A stretch of 38,586 nucleotides of DNA from contig NC_068984.1 in assembly GCF_001194135.2 (NCBI RefSeq), forward strand, positions 47,185,700 through 47,224,285, given 5' to 3'. The stretch's first letter is position 1. The number at the start of each line of letters is the position of its first letter. The position numbers and the translations under genes were made by a program. This DNA comes from Octopus bimaculoides. Lineage: Eukaryota. Under the pieces are notes generated by a model that saw nothing but the letters and a program-made list of their open reading frames with translations, was not told the origin of the DNA and did not search any database. This document shows positions 36,134 through 38,586 of the stretch, in pieces.

Positions 36134-36781
36134 ATTATACAAAATGTTCTCATATTAACACGGACATGTAAAGCTTGTGGCAAATTTTTGCTAATATTTC
36201 TTATGAAATGAAGTCAATGAGCTAGCAAACTCGCTACCGTGCCGGGCAAAATTCTTTGCGGCATTTGTCTATCTTTACGTTCTGAGTTCAAATTCCATTG
36301 AGGTCGACTTCACCATGGCACTAACGTCGATGCCACTGGTTTTAGAAAATAGATGAGTAAGAGAAAATGATTCAGCATCTCTTTGCACGTAACATTTAAG
36401 CGGCCAGTCGCAGACATTTTAGGACGTCGCATAGTTTGCTCGCGTAATTGTTCCGAATCTCTCCACTCTAAGTTCAAATGAAATGAAGACGAACTTTACC
36501 CTTCGCCCTTTCGAGATCGATAAATAATATATCAGTCCAGTATTAGGGTTTCTTCTTTTATCTTTCTAACGCTTTCTATTTGTATTTTTGTCTCCAACTG
36601 TAAAAAAATTTACTGTGATGAAGAGACTCTCGAGGTCTCCGTTACCCAGGAGACACTACATATCACGACGGAGCAACTACAACTCTATGAAAGAGTGAAA
36701 AAGGATGCGTGGTGCACACAACATATTCAACATAGCAGTTTACAGAAGAGTATAAATGTGTGTACACGTGTCAAATCTACA

Positions 36782-36898
36782 CATACACGCACGCACGCAC
36801 GCACGCACACACGCACACACGCACGCACACACACACATACACACACAAACATGCACGCGCGAGCGCACGCAAACATACGCACACACATACACATACTC

Positions 36899-36996
<98 letters not shown>

Positions 36997-37135
36997 ACAG
37001 AGACAGATAAACAGACAGATCGATTGATTGATTGATTGATTGATTGATCGATTGATTAATTGATTGAGTGATTGAGTGATCAACTGATTGATTGATTGGT
37101 TGGTTGGTTGGTTGGTTGGTTGGTTAACTGATTGA
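36782..37135. repeat. Compound microsatellite (GCAC)/(CA)/(GACA)/(GATA)/(GATT)/(GGTT)
   Basis: Seen directly. Confidence 0.95.
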
Positions 37136-37855
37136 TATATATACGTGTGTTTGTATTTGTGTTTGTGTGTGTGTGATTGTGAATGTGTGTGTACGTATAT
37201 CTTGAGTAAGTACATGTTAACGCTCACGTCTGTGTAAGTACGTGTAAATCATTGCTCACATGCATGTGTGTATAAAGCTTGAATTGCATGTGGATGACTC
37301 ATGTACACATTTTCTTGTAATCGTTCTAACCGTTTCATACAGTTACGCGTGTGTGATCAAACCTTTAAATCTAAACTTTTATACTCCGACGAACATATGT
37401 CAAAGGTGGATGTTGTTCGTTTTCTTTTTGCTTCAGTTTTTTAATATACATATATAATATCTTTTTGTTCACGTTTTTCCTTCTTGAAAACTGCATCCTT
37501 TTGAACCTGTCAAACATCAGATAATATCATAAATCTGATAACATCTCATATGAGATACAACAAATTAAAATGGCCTTTCTAATTGCCTCAATGTAAGTGC
37601 AAGCATTATTGTTGTTGGTTACGAATAAATTCTGAAGCTTACATCAAACGATACATCATTTTGGAGTTGTGTTTCTTAATAGAAGACATTTTCTTCTATA
37701 CACACCTCTTTATATTTGTTTATCTATCTATCTATCCATATTTTTCTCTCTTCTCTATCTTTCTATGTTTTTTCTATGCACCTCTCTTTCTCTCGCTCTC
37801 TCCCTCACATTTCCTTTTCTCTCTCTTTCTCTCGCTCCGTCTCTCTCTTTCTCTT

Positions 37856-37958
<103 letters not shown>

Positions 37959-38468
37959 CTCTATTCTCTTTTCTCTTTCTCTTTCGTTCTGTCACTATCC
38001 TTCTCAGCTTACACATCAAACCATCTTTTGATCTGCCATTCGCACATATTCTTCGTTACCCAAACAATCGGCTTCATTTACCAAGGAACATGTGTTCTTC
38101 CTTGCATGTAGACATGTGCACCAATTTGTACGTGGTGCGTGCACGTATGTATGTGTTGCGTATGTCTGTACGTTTCTGTTTCTGAATTTGTAAATTTATT
38201 GTGGGAATCTAATGTGTATCACGACTTCCGCATACGTGTTTACTTGTGTGCGTGTTATCACACTTCGAATGCACACACGTATATTTAACATATGTCCCTA
38301 TTTATAAGCCGGCCGGTTACTTTATGCATGAATCTGAAAAAGTGATTTTCCTACTCTTCTCTTTCTCTTTCTCTTTCTCTCTCTCTCTCTCCCTCTCTCT
38401 CTCTCTCTTTTTCTCCTTCTCCCATTCTCTCTCTCTCAGATGCACACATACACGTATATATGTATGTT

Positions 38469-38510
<42 letters not shown>

Positions 38511-38545
38511 AGTGTATATATATATATATGTGTGTGTGTGTGTGA

Positions 38546-38586
<41 letters not shown>

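Noticed and set aside
36612-36640. gTGATGAA GAGAC tctcgag GTCTC hammerhead-like half
   Set aside because: It has a 5-bp hairpin and TGATGA, but no GAAA strand follows and position 3 is G.

Overview
AT-rich, microsatellite-dense eukaryotic DNA with nine N-gaps. The SINE repertoire matches my recollection of octopus (coleoid cephalopod) repeats; this is an inference, not a database result. It reads as intronic or intergenic, with no intact host gene, rRNA, true tRNA gene or CRISPR array. Nearly all interpretable sequence is decayed transposon. It includes two Helitron relics, a BEL/Pao integrase relic, three R4/Dong-clade pieces, a CR1/L2-group LINE 3' end, an RTE LINE 3' end with an open triple-C2H2 ORF, two mariners and many copies of three to four tRNA-derived SINE families. 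Most of the supplied ORFs are microsatellite or N-gap artefacts. The best leads are: (1) three minimal hammerhead-ribozyme-like motifs, one with a U3-A8 core covariation; (2) the RTE-derived zinc-finger ORF; (3) a LINE and a SINE family sharing the same 3' tail; (4) a four-copy SINE array with a recurring spacer; (5) an R4 element lacking its whole RT; (6) a dense TTCnnGAA (heat-shock-element-like) cluster; and (7) one weak candidate host exon. None is proven novel.
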